Part shown: positions 12,601 to 26,541 of the stretch, piece after piece
How the letters are laid out: each line of letters opens with the position of its first letter
Numbering within the stretch: position 1 is the stretch's first letter
Assembly (NCBI RefSeq): GCF_035084215.1
Contig: NC_090356.1
Span: 682,001 to 746,000, forward strand
Source: Heptranchias perlo
Taxonomy: Eukaryota
Direction of reading: 5' to 3'
DNA: 64,000 nt
Made by a program: the position numbers and the translations under genes
Notes under the pieces: generated by a model
Database searches by the model: none
What the model saw: the letters and a program-made list of their open reading frames with translations, nothing else
What the model was told of the DNA's origin: nothing

Positions 12601-15600
12601 TTGTAGTTTTATGTTTTCATCTACACTGCTTACAATGCCACCAATCTTTGTGTCATCGGCAAACTTAGATATGAGACTTTCTATGCCTTCATCTAAGTCG
12701 TTAATAAATATTGTGAATAATTGAGGCCCCAAGACAGATCCCTGCGGGACTCCACTAGTCACATCCTGCCAATGTGAGTCCCTTCCCATCATCCCTACTC
12801 TCTGTCGCCTTTCGCTCAGCCAGCTTCCTAACCAAGTCCGTACTTTTCCCTCGATTCCATGTGCTTCTATCTTAGCTAACAATCTCTAATGTGGGACTTG
12901 ATCAAATGCCTTCTGGAAGTCCAAATAAATAACATCCACTGACATTCCCCTGTCCACTACTTCAGTCACCTCTTCAAAAAATTCAATCAGGTTTGTCAGG
13001 CACGACCTACCTTTCACAAATCCATGCTGGCTCTCTCTGATTAACTGAAAATTCTCGGTGTTCAGTCACCCTATCCTTAATTATAGACTCCAGCATTTTC
13101 CCCACAACAGATGTTAGGCTAACTGGTCTATAATTCCCTGGTTTCCCCCTCTCTCCTTCCTTAAAAAGCGGAGTGACGTGCAATTTTCCAATCTAGAGGG
13201 ACAGTTCCTGAATCTAGAGAACTTTGAAAGATTATAGTATACTTTGAAAGGCATCTGCAATGTGCTCACCTACTTCCTTTAAAACCCTGGGATGGAAACC
13301 ATCTGGTCCTGGGGATTTGTCACACTTTAGTGCTATTATTTTCTTCATTACTGTTGTTTTACTTATGTTAATTTTATTGAGTCCCTGTCCTTGATTCAAT
13401 ATTAGTTTTCTTGGGATTTCCGGCATGCTATCCTCTTTTTCTACTGTAAATACTGACACAAAGTAATTATTCAACATGTCTGCCATTTCCCCATTGTCAA
13501 TGACAATATCCCCACTTTCAGTTTTTTTGGGGCCAACACTGCTCCTGACCACCCTCTTTTTCCTAATATAACTATAAAATTTCTTCGTATTGGTTTTGAT
13601 ATCCCTTGCAAGTTTCTTTTCATACTCTCTTTTTGTAACTCTATCTGTTTTGTGACCCTTTTGTTGATCTTTGTATCTTTCCCATTCACCAGGATCTGTG
13701 CCATTTTTTGCCTTTTTGTATGCCCTTTCCTTATGTCTTATACTGTCCCTTACCTCTTTAGTTGTCCATGGCTTTTTTTTTGGCAAGTAGAGTTCTTGCC
13801 CCTCGGGTATAAACTGATTCTGTATCACGTTAAATGTTTCTTTAAACATTTCCCACTGATTATCAGTCGTTTTACCCATTAACAGATTTGCCCAGTTTAC
13901 TGTGGACAGTCTCTGTCTCATCCCATTGAAGTCAGCCTTACCCAAGTCTAGAATCTTAGCAGCTGATTCACTTTTTTCCCTTTCAAACACTACCTTGAAC
14001 TCGATCATGTTATGCTCACTATTGGGTAGATGTTCATGCAGTCAAGCTGTTAACTAAATCTGGTTCATTATTCATTACTAAATCTAGTATGGCTTGCCCC
14101 CTTGTTGCCTCTCTGACATACTGCTGTAGAAAACTATCCCGGACACACTCAAGAAATTCATTACCTTTCTGACAGTTGCTAGTCTGTTTTTCCCAATCTA
14201 TGTGAAGGTTAAAGTCCCCCATTAAGACCACTATGCCTTTCTTACACGCTTGTCTAATCTCTGCATTTATACATTCTAGCACTTCAGAGCTGCTGCCGGA
14301 GGTCCTATACACAACTCCCACGATAGTCTTAGATCCTTTCCTATTTCTCAATTCAACCCATAAGGTCTCTGTTGGCTGCTTACCTCTCGTTATAGCCTCC
14401 TTTTATCTTTGAAATTATTTCATCTCTAATCATTAAGGCTACTCCTTCCCCCTCTTATGTTTTCCCTATCTCTCCTGTAGACCTTATAACCTGGTATATT
14501 TAGTTCCCAATCTATCCTGCAGCCATGTCTCAGTAATAGCTATCATGTCATACCCTCCCATTTGAATTTGTGCCTGTGGTTCATTTAATTTACTCCTTAT
14601 ATTCCGTGCGTTTGTATATAGAACTCTTAGTTGGGCCACACACCCTAGCCCGACCTTCAGCTTTGATGCTGGGTTAATCGTTTTACACCTTCTAGTTTTC
14701 ACTTTATCTGTAGTGCCTAAAGTACACTCTCTTTCTGCTGCTCTATGCTTTTCCCTTTTGCTTGTTTTTGAACAACTATTTGTATTGTAAATTTCCCCTG
14801 GGTCCTCCCCTCTCTTGCTTCTCTCAACTTTACTCCCTTCTGACTCCCTGCTAAGGTTCCCATCCCCCTGCCACTCTAGTTTAAACCCTCCCCAACAGCA
14901 GTAGCAAACACCCCTTAACTCCCTTTACCCACCTTGGTTTGGTATACCTTGATACCCTTGCCCAACAAATATCTATCATTGTCAGTTTTGAAAAATTCTC
15001 TGCTCCTCCATAGTTCCTAGTTTCTCAACATTTAAAAAAAAATCTGATCTATCTTTTAGGTCCAAAGTGGATGACCTCAGTCTTCCCCACACTGTACTCC
15101 GTCTGCCACAGTTTTGCCCACTCACTTAGTCTATGTCCCTTTGTAACTGCCTGCTCCCATCTACACTGTCGTCAGCAAAATTAGATATACGGCTCCCTAT
15201 TCCTTCATCTAAGTGATAAATATAGTATAATGCTGTGGCCTCAGTACAGATCCCTGGGGGACACCAATAGTCACATCCTGCCAATTTGAGTACATAACCT
15301 ACTCTCTGTCTCCTACCTCGTAACCGATCCCCTATCCATGCCGATAGGTTGTCTCCAATTCCATGCACTCTTATTTTTGCTAGAGTCTCTTGTGCAGCTA
15401 CAGGTCAAACTATTTTTCTGCTTGTGCAGGTTTTTCTTCGGTAAAAACAAAGTGATGGCGGTGGCCCTGGGAAGGGAGCCAGCGGATGAGTACAAAGATG
15501 GTCTGCACAAGGTGAGCTTTCAGTGACTGGGCGGCTACACATTTCAACCTATGTTTCCAGAATGCAAAGTTTAAAGGGTTATTGTTTCAGGTCGACACTT

Positions 15601-16829
15601 TATCAGTTGTGATGAAAGACCTGAAACATTAACCCTATGTGTTTCTCCACAGATGCTGCTTGACCTGTTTCCAGCATCTGCACTAATTTACATTCTGTCT
15701 TAAAGTTTTCTTTTCCCTGTAGGTCAGTAAACAGTTACAAGGTGAAGTTGGTCTTCTGTTCACTAGTCGCACAAAGGCGAAGGTGATTGAGTGAGTCTCT
15801 GAATATTTTTTCTGTCTGCTTTTTCTGACCTGCATGAGCTGCTCCCACTCTTATTTTTAATTCATTTATGTTTTTGCTGATTTATCCAACATGATCCACA
15901 GGTGGTTTAATCAGTTCACGGAATCTGATTTTGCTCGGTCTGGGAACACAGCCACAATGGCCGTTACACTCGATGCGGGGCCGTTGCCACAGTTCACGCA
16001 CACCATGGAGCCACAGCTTCGGCAGCTCGGATTACCCACTGCACTGAAGAAAGGTATGGTAATGATCAACGGCAGCTTGTGCATAGCCAGTGATAGCAGT
16101 GTAACGGGTGACATACTCATTCTCTACTGTCACGTGTGGGCTGAATAAGATTTGGAAAAATAAGCAGCAGTTGGAATTGACTTGTGTGGTCTGTCTCCTA
16201 GGTGTTGTGACACTGTTGTCTGATCATGACGTGTGTAAAGAAGGTGACGCACTGACCCCCGAACAAGCACGTCTATTGGTTAGTTTTATTTTATAAAGTA
16301 TCACTTTCAGAAACTGAAGCTGCCGTGAGGAGGTGGATTTAATTTGGAGAATTTCCCCAAGGGACGGTCAAAAATTGTAAATGTATGAAGTGGAAATTGG
16401 CCATCTATGAGTTTAATTTTGCGAGATTGAACAAGGGTAGAGTCCTTTGCAAGAACTGTTTCAATTGCTCCTATTGAATTACAGTACTAGCTCATAGAAT
16501 CCGGCCAACATCACCTCTACCTCCTCCACACATTAAGGTGCAATGTGCCCCTAGGTGGAAAAAGGTACCATAGAGGCAAAATACAACTAGCCAAATTTGC
16601 AGCTTTCAACTAAAAATGTAAATATTGGTGATGTGGAACTTGTGCCCAAATTCTGTATTGTCCACTTGGTTCTCTCTTCCAGAAACTGTTTGGTATTGAA
16701 ATGGCCGAGTTCAAAGTGACAATGAACTGTATGTGGTGCTCGAAGACCGGTGCCTTTGAGCAACTATCAGCGATTGATCTTAGTGGAAAAAGCAGCGACG
16801 GGGCGGAGTTGGAAGATGAGCAGGAGTGA
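9674..16829 (+). CDS. MRTO4: mRNA turnover protein 4 homolog (60S ribosome maturation factor), complete, 8 exons, 238 aa
   Basis: Exons 9674-9701 (MPRSRRDKR), 10421-10479 ([20 protein letters not shown]), 11478-11581 ([26 protein letters not shown]), 15430-15511 ([15 protein letters not shown]), 15723-15790, 15902-16053 ([16 protein letters not shown]), 16202-16278 and 16683-16829 (TGA). All introns are GT-AG; the total is 717 nt, in frame. Confidence 0.96.
9697..10051. repeat. 32-bp GC-rich VNTR, about 11 copies, starting at the MRTO4 exon-1 donor
   Basis: Unit gcggggtg(a/c)gggccctgacccggggggaggcg. Confidence 0.95.
10550..11248. repeat. VNTR ggtggcctctttgcg(C)n in MRTO4 intron 2
   Basis: A fixed 15-mer separated by long poly-C runs of variable length. 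Confidence 0.95.
11690..15400 (-). mobile_element. long decayed CR1 (EN plus RT) and adjacent CR1 fragments in MRTO4 intron 3
   Basis: ORF pieces at 14484-14702 (LYTNAR..AITETWL), 14034-14351 (MGDFN), 13232-14008 and 12280-12882 (FADDTK). The tail is at about 11750, and a second fragment lies at 14915-15400. Confidence 0.9.
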
Positions 16830-16930
16830 CTGAGTGGAAGTTCGAGAGCTGCAGTCTGTGCGTGACAGTGTTAAACTTCAGTGACTGTAACTGGCCAATG
16901 CATTTATGGACAGTCTTAGTGTGGATTTTT

Positions 16931-16936
16931 AATAAA
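16931..16936 (+). terminator. polyadenylation signal of MRTO4
   Basis: AATAAA about 100 nt after the MRTO4 stop codon. Confidence 0.7.
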
Positions 16937-17711
16937 AGTGTGGAACTTTCAACAGTTTATTAAATGCATCTCCCCTGTTGCCATAGACATACAGGAGCTG
17001 AGGTTAATTGACCTTTGTACTGACTGCCAGGGAACCCACTGATTAACATGGCTCATCTATCCCAGTGTTACAGAAAAAATAACTAGGCGATGGTCCCTGA
17101 GGGACAGGTGTAACCAGGAAATTAGGAGAACTCCCTGCTCTTGTAATAGTACTGTGGGATTTTTACTTCCACCCAAACAGCATATCAGTTTAATGTCTCA
17201 TCTGCAAGATGGTACCATTGTCAATGCAGCAGTTCCTCAGTACTGTGCTGCTATCCTGGCCTAGAGTGGAACTTGAACCCACAACCGTCTGCCACATACT
17301 AGCAAAACCTTATCTGCACACACATCCTGTCACCATTTGTAACGGGCAGGGGGAGAAAATAGTGTAATTACAGCTTAAGGAGAGGGCTTGGTAACATTAC
17401 AGTGTAACAGGTTTACCTCAGCAGTCCCTTATAAATGAACATAAATTCCTATGATAAAAATGACAATCTGTGCCTGTAAAATGGGGACAGCATTGCATCT
17501 GCCAATTATCTCTCCTTTGCAATGCCACAGCCAATTGAGTAGTGACAATACAGACATAATCACATGGTGAGAAAGTTACCCAGACCGCTCACTATAATTT
17601 TCCATTGGAGCTCGAGCCCCCATCAGTTACAGGGAGAAACAGACATGAAGCGATGCATCTGATAGTAAATTCAGCCCCTAGAAGCAAAATCATTAGAACC
17701 ACATTATTACA

Positions 17712-17717
17712 TTTATT
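17712..17717 (-). terminator. polyadenylation signal of the AKR7A-like locus
   Basis: TTTATT (AATAAA on the - strand) about 60 nt downstream of the last-exon stop. Confidence 0.55.
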
Positions 17718-17781
17718 ATTTCAGTTCTGGTATTTTAAGGAGTTAAATTAAGTTCCATTCGAGCAGGCGATGGCTGTTCTA

Positions 17782-18400
<619 letters not shown>

Positions 18401-18502
18401 ACCACCCCGTCAATAGTTCTCAAACCACAAACGGTTGAGTGTGAATCAGTGATCTTGAGGCTAAGTTTCCATTGGGCCAAGTCATCGCTCCGATGGGTCT
18501 TA

Positions 18503-18700
<198 letters not shown>

Positions 18701-19459
18701 TTATTCACAGTGAGAACGACAGAAAACGTGAAACTTAAAAATTACTGAAAATCAGTCGAGGAGTGAGGTGGCAAACGGCTCGGTGCTGCTTGGAGCTCGA
18801 GCAGTGCAGAGCGCCGGTGGACTCACCTGTTCCTGTAAGTTTCGGCCCAGCTGTTTCCAAAGAAGCGGCCAGTGGGGTGGTTCTCATTTTTATCTTCAAA
18901 TTGATATTTCCCAGTCAGCAGCCCACCTACACCAAGAAGACAGTTCATATTCTCTCTATTCCCTAGGGTTTACTTTCTGCCCCCCCCCCCCTCCCCTGTC
19001 CCACCCCAAGGCCTCTGCAATGCTGTTCATGATCTAGACCCTGTGAAGTTCAGATTGGGGTCTGGGCTGACTTGGCCACCCGGGAATGGACCACATCGAC
19101 CCTCCTGTTTCCCCCGTCCCCTGAAGGTGCTGAATTTTGCTCCCATTCATCAGCGTGATCATTCTTCACTCAGTGAGCAGCAGCAAACGTGGGGGTGGGG
19201 GGGAATCTGTCTTCATCTGATGTCCACATGTGCATTTCCCGGTGGGGGGGTCGTCACTGGATTGGGGTCTGAATTTCCCTGAATCCATGTGTAGCCCCAA
19301 TTGCTGTGTGGTGGAAATAGAAAAACTCAGCACCATCCAGGGAAGGGTACGGCTCAGCCACTGGGCTTCAAACTACTTGGAAACCTTTTCTGAATATCAA
19401 CACAGCTTGGCAGCGCTGGATAATTCAAAAGGAACGATTTCAGTAATAATGTTTTGCTA

Positions 19460-19606
<147 letters not shown>

Positions 19607-20439
19607 CTACAAACACAAATAAAATCGTTCCAGACTGAACCTTCTAACTGGAAAACACACATCCATAACAGGCACTAACTACAACACTCAGCTCCCAGAT
19701 ATTTCGCTTTGTGGCCAACAACGTGCAATTATACAACACCTTTCATGTAGAAAAACATCCCAAGGCGCTTCACAAAGGCATCATCAGACAAAAATCGACA
19801 CCGAGCCAAGAAAGGAAATAGAACAGGTGGATAAAAGATTGATCAAAGTAGTAGATTTTAAGGAGGGATTTAAAGGAAGTGGAGAGAGGTTTAGGGAGGG
19901 AATTCAAACTGCTGAAAGCACGGCTGCCAATGGTGGGGCGAAGGGAGTGAAAGATGCACAAGGGGCGAGAAATGGAGGAACAGAGTTCTCAGGGGGTTGT
20001 AGGGCTAGAGGTTAGAGATAGGGAGGGGAATTGCTGGAAAGCCATAAGTGGCATATGGACGCAGTGGACACCCCCAATTCCTCACTCACCTCAACCTCAC
20101 CTCCATGGAGAAATGCCAGGCCATGGCCAGACACCTCACCAAAGGAGCAACAGTGGGACTGATCAAGGAGCAGGTCGACAGCATGTTTTTGAGGTGTGGC
20201 CCAGGGCAGTGATTTTCTGCTTTGGGGAATTACTCCTAGAGGGTCCCACCCTAACCTCCAAAGGACAGACTCAGCTATCCAAACTTCTAAAACTACAAAA
20301 AAAACAAATAATGTACTAATAAATCGACAAATACAGGGGGAAACATCAGATGAGCACAATAACTGAAAGAGTTCAGATTTAGAACCTCCGGTGGAGGTTC
20401 AGATAGGTTAGATGTTACCAATCTCACTCCCAACTCCTA

Positions 20440-20562
<123 letters not shown>

Positions 20563-20730
20563 TTAAACCATTCTGACTTTTTACAAGTTATTTCACAACA
20601 GCAAGAATATCGAACACTAAATGCATCATTAAGAGAAACTCTGTCCTCACCATGAAATAAAGACATGCATCGTTACTGGGTCAAAATCCTGGAACTCCCT
20701 GTGGGACAACCTTCACCACACGGACTGCAG

Positions 20731-21700
20731 AGGAGGGGGGGGGGGGGGGGAGGGCTGGAGGAGGGGGGGGGGATGAGGTGTGTGTGAGGGGGGGGGGCTG
20801 GAGGTGTGTGAGGGGGGGGGGCTGGAGGTGTGTGAGGGGGGGGGGCTGGAGGTGTGTGTGAGGGGGGGGCTGGAGGTGTGTGTGAGGGGGGGGCTGGAGG
20901 TGTGTGTGAGGGGGGGGCTGGAGGTGTGTGTGAGGGGGGGGCTGGAGGTGTGTGTGAGGGGGGGGCTGGAGGTGTGTGTGAGGGGGGGGCTGGAGGTGTG
21001 TGTGAGGGGGGGGCTGGAGGTGTGTGTGAGGGGGGGGCTGGAGGTGTGTGTGAGGGGGGGGCTGGAGGTGTGTGTGAGGGGGGGGGCTGGAGGTGTGTGT
21101 GAGGGGGGGGGCTGGAGGTGTGTGAGGGGGGGGGCTGGAGGTGTGTGTGAGGGGGGGGGGCTGGAGGTGTGTGTGAGGGGGGGGGGCTGGAGGTGTGTGA
21201 GGGGGGGGGGCTGGAGGTGTGTGAGGGGGGGAGCTGGAGGTGTGTGAGGGGGGGAGCTGGAGGTGTGTGAGGGGGGGAGCTGGAGGTGTGTGAGGGGGGG
21301 GGGCTGGAGGTGTGTGAGGGGGGGGGGGGCTGGAGGTGTGTGAGGGGGGGGGGGCTGGAGGTGTGTGAGGGGGGGGGGCTGGAGGTGTGTGAGGGGGGGG
21401 GGGGCTGGAGGTGTGTGAGGGGGGGGGGGGCTGGAGGTGTGTGAGGGGGGGGGCTGGAGGTGTGTGAGGGGGGGGGGGGCTGGAGGTGTGTGTGAGGGGG
21501 GGGGGGGCTGGAGGTGTGTGAGGGGGGGGGGCTGGAGGTGTGTGAGGGGGGGGGGCTGGAGGTGTGTGAGGGGGGGGGGCTGGAGGTGTGTGAGGGGGGG
21601 GGGGCTGGAGGTGTGTGAGGGGGGGGGGGGCTGGAGGTGTGTGAGGGGGGGGGGGGCTGGAGGAGTGTGAGGAGGGGGGGTGTGTGTGTGAGGGGGGAGG
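20731..21700. repeat. G-rich VNTR ctggaggtgtgt(gt)ga(G)n
   Basis: About 1 kb of 23-28 bp units with variable G runs, inside the AKR7A-like gene. Confidence 0.95.
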
Positions 21701-22190
21701 GGAGACGCTGAGTGATGGGGCTGGAGGCTGTTGTGCCTCCGCAAGGCTCAAACACTCTCCTCCCCAACCGATTCCCCGACTCTCCCCTTTGGGCAAAGTG
21801 CTCAGAGGCGCCTCCCTGTACCCAGGAGCCCGATACAGGTCCGCCCTGGGCAACAGTGGCGGTGCTCCTCCCCTCCACAACCCCTCGGTAGTGCCCCGGG
21901 GTCCGGGCTCCTCACCTCCATGTCCCAGGCCCAACGTGCCCACGATCTGCTCCGCGCGCCCTTCCGCGTACGTGAACGCGCCGTCCAGCTCATCGTGCCC
22001 GCGCTCCAAGAAGGCGCGCTCTGCTTGGCGTCCACGCGCCGCCCAAATTCCATGGTCCCGAGGGCGGTTCGGGGCCGGACCGCAGCCAAAAAACTGGACA
22101 TGACGCGGGAAACAAGAGACTGTGACACCAGCACCGAGCGCAAGGAGACAGCAAAGCTCAACATGGCGGCCTGAGCTGGGCGGGGCCGAG

Positions 22191-23300
22191 TCCAAACCCC
22201 GCCCACACCAGAGAACGTCTCCAAACCCCGCCCACACTAGGGAACGTCGCCAAACCCCGCCCACACCAGAGAACGTCTCCAAACCCCGCCCACACCAGGG
22301 AACGTCTCCAAACCCCGCCCACACTAGGGAACGTCTCCAAACCCCGGCCACACCAGGGAACGTCTCCAAACCCCGCCCACACCAGAGAACGTCTCCAAAT
22401 CCCCCCCAAACCAGGGAACGTCTCCAAACCCCGCCCACACCAGAGAACGTCTCCAAACCCCGCCCACACTAGGGAACGTCTCCAAACCCCGCCCACACCA
22501 GGGAACGTCTCCAAACCCCGTCCACACCAGAGGACGTCTCCAAACCCCGCCCACACCAGAGAACGTCTCCAAACCCCGCCCACACCAGGGAACGTCTCCA
22601 AACCCCGTCCACACCAGAGAACGTCTCCAAACCCCGCCCACACCAGGGAACGTCTCCAAACCCCGTCCACACCAGAGGACGTCTCCAAACCCCGCCCACA
22701 CCAGAGAACGTCTCCAAACCCCGCCCACACCAGGGAACGTCTCCAAACCCCGTCCACACCAGAGAACGTCTCCAAATCGCGCCCACACTAGGGAACGTCT
22801 CCAAACCCCGCCCACACCAGGGAACGTCTCCAAACCCCGCCCACACCAGAGAACGTCTCCAAACCCCGCCCACTCTAGGGAACGTCTCCAAACCCCGCCC
22901 ACACCAGGGAACGTCTCCAAACCCCGCCCACACCAGAGAACGTCTCCAAACCCCGCCCACTCTAGGGAACGTCTCCAAACCCCGTCTACACCAGAGAACG
23001 TCTCCAAATCGCGCCCACACTAGGGAACGTCTCCAAACCCCGCCCACACCAGGGAACGTCTCCAAACCCCGCCCACACCAGAGAACGTCTCCAAACCCCG
23101 CCCACACTAGGGAACGTCTCCAAACCCCGCCCACACCAGGGAACGTCTCCAAACCCCGCCCACACCAGAGAACGTCTCCAAACCCCGCCCACACTAGGGA
23201 GCGTCCCTAAACCCCATCCATACTAGGGAGTGTCTCCAAACCCTGCCCACGTTAGGGAGCATCGCCAAATTTCCCCAATAGTGTCTCCAAATCTCACCCA
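22191..23300. repeat. 29-bp VNTR, about 38 copies, containing a GC box
   Basis: Unit tccaaaccccgcccacac(c/t)ag(a/g)gaacgtc, starting about 27 bp upstream of the AKR7A-like ATG. Confidence 0.95.
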
Positions 23301-24230
23301 TACATTATTAAATAAGTACTTTGTATCTGATTTCACTGTCAAGGAAGAGGATAAAATACCAGTGATAGAAGAGAAGCTAAAAAATAAATTAAGGGGTCAA
23401 ACTTAGTAGATTCAATAAAATAACAATATGGTAATAGAGAAAATAATGGGAATTAAACTAGATAAATCTCCAGGACCTGATTGTTTCCACCCCAGCATAT
23501 TAAAAGTAGGTGAGGGAGTTGCAGAAGCAACAGTCATAATCTTTCAAAGCTCTCTTGATTTGGGAATTGTGCCATTAGGTTGGGAATTTGCTAATGTCAC
23601 TCCATTATTTAAGAAGGGTGGGAGAGAGAAACCAGGTCACTCGAGGCCTGTCAGTTTAACATCAGTTGTGGGGAGTTACTGCAATTTGTTATTATGGATA
23701 GAGTGACTGAGCACTTGAAAAAACATGAGCTGATCAGGGACAGCCAACATGGCTTTGTTAAGGGCAAGTCATGTCTGACAAATCTAGTTGAATTTTTTGA
23801 GGAGTTCACTAATAAGGTAGATAAGGGAGCTGTGTCTATGGATGTCATCTATATGGACTCCCAGAAGGCATACGATAAGATTCCACACAAGAGATTATTA
23901 GCAAAAATGAGAGTGGACAAAATTGGAGGTAGCCTTTTGACTTGGGTTGGAAATTGGCTGGAAGGTAGGCGACGGAGAGTGGGAATAAGGGTAGGTACTC
24001 CAATTGGCAGGATGTGATGTGACTTGGATGAAGGAATAGAGTTGTATATCCAAGTTTGCAGATGACACTAAATTAGGAGGCAAAGCAAGTCATTCAGCTG
24101 GGAGCAGCAAGTTGCAAAGGGACAGACAGATTAAGTGAGTGGGTAATATTATGGCAAATGGAGTTCATTGTGGGCAAGTGTAAACTCATCCACTTTGCAC
24201 CCAAGGAAGATAAATCAGAGTTATTTTCTA
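23300..24230 (+). mobile_element. old CR1 RT fragment
   Basis: [15 protein letters not shown] and [15 protein letters not shown]. Confidence 0.85.
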
Positions 24231-24779
24231 GGGCCTATGCTATGAAATCATCCCCCCCAAACCCCTCTGCCTATCGATTCTCATTTAAGACCCTCCTTAA
24301 AACCTATTTCTTAACCCTCCTAATATCTCCTCCTCCAGTTCGGTGTCCATTCTATGAAGCATCTTGGGTTGTTTTCCTACAGTAAATGGGTATATAAATG
24401 CAAGATATTGTTTTAGGCTGGGAGCAGGTTACTTACCACCCTCTGGCCTCACTTGTGATTGTCCTTGGGTGGGAAGGAAAATAGGGGGAAATTGTCTCAA
24501 AAAGTAAGAAATCCTTGGTTTGAATTGTAAAAACCATAAAATATCTGGGGTATTGCTGTGGGGAAATTGTGTGTCTCGGTGGTGAAATACAGGCTCATTA
24601 TTCTCACTTCCCATACAGGCGGTTTCTGATCTTAGCTGGACCGTCATGGGAAGTACCAGCAGAGGGAGAAGGAAGGGCACATCCCCTCAGCAACTCCCTC
24701 CATCTCCTGGCAATAGAGGCAGAAACCTGTCAGCTGGTCGTGGCAAGGAATACTACACCGGGAGGGTAGCCAAGAGCAA

Positions 24780-25745
24780 GGATCATCGGCCATTCAGCCC
24801 CTCGAGCCTGTTCCGCCATTCAATGAGGCAATGGCTGATTTGAATCCTAATTCCATCCAACTATCTTGGCTCCATATCTCTCAATATCCTTGGCTAGCAA
24901 AAATCTATCGATCTCAGATTTAAAATTATTAATTGAGCTAGCACCTGCTGCTTTTTGTGGGACAGAGTTCCACACTTCTACCACCCTTTGCGTGAAGATG
25001 TGTTTCTTAACTTCTCATCCTTGTTTTCAAATCCCTCCATGGCCTCGCCCCTCCCTATCTCTGTAACCTTCTCCAGCCCTACAACCCTCCGAGATCTGTG
25101 CGCTCCTCCAATTCTTGCCTCTTGCGCATCCCTGATTTTAATCGCTCCACCACTGGCGGCCGTGCATTCTGGAATTCCCTCCTTAAACCTCTCCGCCTCT
25201 CTCTCTCCTCCTTTGAAGATGTTCCTTAAAACCTACATCTTTTGGTCACCTGTCCTAATACCTCCTTATGTGGCTCGGTGTCAAATTTTGTTTGATAACG
25301 CTCCTGTGAAGCACCTTGGGAGGTTATACTATGTTAAAGGCACTATATAAATGCAAGTTGTTGTTGTTCTCTCCTGAATGACCTGGCTCTGATTTTAAGG
25401 TTATGTCTCTTTATCCTAGACTCCACCACCAGCAGAAAAAAGTTTCTCTCTATCTACCCTATCAATTCCTTTCAAAATCCTAAAAACCTCAATCAAATCA
25501 ACCTTTAACCTTCCATATTCCAGGAAATACAAGCCTAGTTTATGTAATACCTCCCTGGAGCTCTGGTAACATTCTGGTGAATCTGCGCTGCACTCCTTCC
25601 AAGGCCAATATTTCCTTTCTAAGGTGCGGTGCCCAGAACTGTACACAGTGCTCCAGATGTTGTCTAACCAGGGCTTTGAATAGCTGTAGCAAAACTTCCT
25701 CCCCTTTATATTCTAGCCCTCCTAGGTTTAAAGGCCAACATTCCT
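24780..25745 (-). mobile_element. CR1 3' fragment interrupted by an L2-type tail element (about 25015-25368, +)
   Basis: The CR1 tail at 24780-25015 resumes at about 25369. The insert ends with ggcactatataaatgcaagttgttgttgtt. Confidence 0.7.
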
Positions 25746-26541
25746 CGGGATTTGTCAGTCTTTAGTGCCATTATTTTTTCTAATAGAGGAGAAAGAGAAC
25801 TTTAAAATGGGGGGAAAAATACATATAAAAGCTAGTTTAGTTTCTATTTAAAGATTTTATTTTCAGCATTTAAAAAAAAGCACAATAAATAAAGAAAAAC
25901 CATACTGGCCTCACACAAATTTCTATTTTTAAATTTATAAAATGTCCTTTCACCCAACCACAGTATCTTCCATATGGGTGTGCCAAATAAACCAAGGCTT
26001 CAGCCCTCTCCAGGACCCTGTAATCAGTCTCTGGTGGGGTGAGGCAGGTCTGCTCCTTTCTCACTTGTGAAGGCCTCAACGTAGCACACAGTTGACTAAT
26101 TCCTCATTATGGAAGCTGGCAAATGACTGCTGGGCCAGCTCTACAGTTCCTAGATTTGTACGATGCCATAACACTTGCTGCACAGTTGATTTGAGAAAGT
26201 CTACTGAGCACATCTTAAGAAGCAATGCCCAATCATCTAGGAGAAAAACTATTTCACAACCCTAACCTACAAACATAAATTTACACCGAATTTCATCTCA
26301 TCATCAATGTACGCAGCACAACACAATGTACACAGCCAAACCACAAACTATCACTATGGTACAAGAGTTTAAAACCCATCCACAGGCGCCAATTCAGGAT
26401 TTCATTCCACTAATGCTTCGCATTTCAAGAAAGGTTTTGAAAGTTCTCTCATGTGTCACAAGTCATTTCAGTGATAAACATGCTCAATGCCTCAGGGCCT
26501 CTGTTCCACTTGGTATTGTGGCCATGGGGTCCTACATGCAA

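Noticed and set aside
20673-23194. ORFs up to 591 aa, Pro-rich or repetitive
   Set aside because: They are VNTR read-through; only the embedded AKR7A exon-1 segment is meaningful.
22191-23300. CRISPR-like regular array
   Set aside because: The units are head-to-tail with no unique spacers, there are no cas genes, and the context is vertebrate.
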